Part shown: positions 61,922 to 64,000 of the stretch, in pieces
Layout: each line of letters opens with the position of its first letter
Numbering within the stretch: position 1 is the stretch's first letter
NCBI GenBank assembly: GCA_973895155.1
Contig: OZ316898.1
Coordinates: 9,225,079 to 9,289,078 of the forward strand
Length of the DNA: 64,000 nucleotides
DNA from: Marsupella aquatica
Taxonomy: Eukaryota > Plantae > Marchantiophyta
Direction: 5' to 3'
Notes under the pieces: model-generated
What the model was told of the DNA's origin: nothing
Databases searched by the model: none
The model's input: only the letters and a program-made list of their open reading frames with translations
Position numbers and translations under genes: made by a program

Positions 61922-64000
61922 CTAGAGTAATCTACATTAAAGACTAAGGTGCTTCAAGTTTGCATGTAGAGCTTCTTCATGTCCTCTTTGGCATTGAAAA
62001 TAACCTTTGTTTTAAGCTAAGGATTAGAGTAGAATTAGTTGTTTATTCATTTCCACTTGGGCTGACTATTTGTGTTCTAGGGGCAGTGAGTACATATGCA
62101 TTGGTCTTTTATTGTTCTTGTTCATTATGTTGTCCATCCTTTTAAACATTACACCAAATTTTTTTTGTGTCCATCTCTATTCCCTACTTAATCTCTCGTT
62201 TATCTTTCAATGTTTTGGGGGGAACCTGCGAGAGACAGGGGAGGGAGCCAAGGGTCCATCAGGCATTAATTTAAAAAAGGAACTTCTTGGTGGGCTTTAC
62301 AAGACAATTTTCTATGGAATTTTAAGACCAAAAGCATTTTAGAAGTATGCAGAACACAATCTCAAACCTATCTGGGTCTCAATGTTAGATTGTTTGATAG
62401 GCTGTGAGGGAAGACAACCGTGATTATCCCTATGGTTCTCGATGGGTCTTCTACCCTATGACTAAATTTCAGCGCTTTCTCTTCAACTGCAATTGCCTTG
62501 TTTCTTTGGTTAGGCCCTGACTGTGGCTTGTTGCATTTTCCCCATCCTTTATAAATTTGAGGTTTTCATGGCTTGAGTAGGGGGCTTATTGTGTGGCAGT
62601 CAGACTCGGCTCTGTTGCCGGGCTCTTAAGAAAGAATACCCAATGTAATTACGGACCCCACTAGAGGTCCCTTCCAAAATTCCTGGCACCACAGCGTGCC
62701 ACATCAACAACAACCGTAACAAACAAGACTCGCCGGTTTGTGAATCAAACTTATAGTTTTCATTCGTGTTTGTGTCAATTTGGGTGTAAATTTTGGGACA
62801 CCGTGCCATAAAAAGAAAAGTAAAAACATTGGAAATGCAAAGAGCAAGACGATTAAAACTGTCACTATGTAACCGTTTTAGTTACATTTCCAATTTTAAA
62901 ACTTAAATTCAAAGATTTATAAAAAGTATTTTTCATATAATAGATAATGACTAATAACTAATTTGATAACTTCCTTGTTAAACCGCAACTCCCGGTATGT
63001 AAGGACCTCTCGTATTGTACGGCCATTAATGCTGGGAAGAGCACATAGAAACCCAGGATGGGGGAGGAGGAATGGCTGGAATCTTGAAAGTTCATCCAAT
63101 TTTATACTCAAAACTATTTACTCATTCTCAAAACAAAAATACCCAGTCGTAGATCTCATTGAGATATTTCTTTTGCACCCTAGATCGCCTTCTAACATGG
63201 ATGAATAAGATTTCTAGAGACATTACAAAATGGACGGCAAAGATCGTAAAATCAACAAAATTGACGGCTAGGAAGGCTTGGATTTGTTTAATTTTTCATT
63301 TGAAAATATTTACCCATTTGCAAAACAGACAGAACCCATCCATAGATCTATTTGAGATCTTTCTTTTGAGCCATAGATTGGCCATTATGATGGACGGGCG
63401 AGATTTCCGGAGATAAGAAATGGAGACGGCTCAGATCGACTCTTCCCCCTGATTTTATTAGCCAAAGGGTACACTAACTAATTGTACTAATATGTCTCCC
63501 TCTACTAAACAGTGAACATGTCAAAGAGGTTCTTGCGTAACCTAGGCTATGGAAACCAGAGTGGAGTGACCCATCCACTCTCACTAGAAACTTTAGGGTT
63601 ATTTTGATTTGAAACATGGCTCCAATCTTGGTCAAGATTCTTAGATGACTCCAATCTTACTGAAGGGCTAAGCTACTTGAAGGCTGCTGAAACAACGCCC
63701 GTCTAGCTCTCCCTCCATCCCTTGACATGGTCAATCTTCTACATCAATTTCTAATGTTTTTCCTTCGTTTTTTTCCTGGAGTATGGCTGCATATTGACTT
63801 TCCACTTCTGAATTCTCAAATTTTCCTGCCCCTTGACTCGGAATTATATCATAGTCTCTTGCATTGAAGATACCCTTGAACCTCTATCAAAAAGGACAAA
63901 TACGTCAGCATATACGTTGGGACCACCCGAACTCGTAGATGCATTCACTCAAATCGTTTCAGTATAAAAATAAAAATTAAATAATATATATATTTCAAAG

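Overview
Eukaryotic nuclear DNA from a land plant. Intron-containing genes, GT-AG splice sites and the repeat landscape suggest a bryophyte, possibly a liverwort (inference, not determinable from the sequence alone). Four apparently intact host genes are present: an 11-exon ENTH/epsin clathrin adaptor (+), a single-coding-exon NOG1 GTPase (+), a 3-exon kinesin-light-chain-related TPR gene (+) and a 3-exon MORN-repeat membrane protein (-). Two genes are damaged: a germin-like pseudogene, and an F-box/kelch gene broken by one 10-bp duplication. Mobile DNA includes a full-length L1-clade LINE with a 14-16 bp target-site duplication and only two ORF2 lesions, two MITEs with target-site duplications, two solo-LTR-like copies, and a decayed gag-protease LTR retrotransposon at the left edge. 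The most notable signal is not in the ORF track. Reading that retrotransposon's pol frame past a premature stop to the window edge gives ...PPEGICLLDLFGGISTGL, which closely resembles the SAM-binding motif I of DNMT3-type cytosine methyltransferases. The element may therefore carry its own DNA methyltransferase downstream of the protease, but the rest of the domain lies outside the window.
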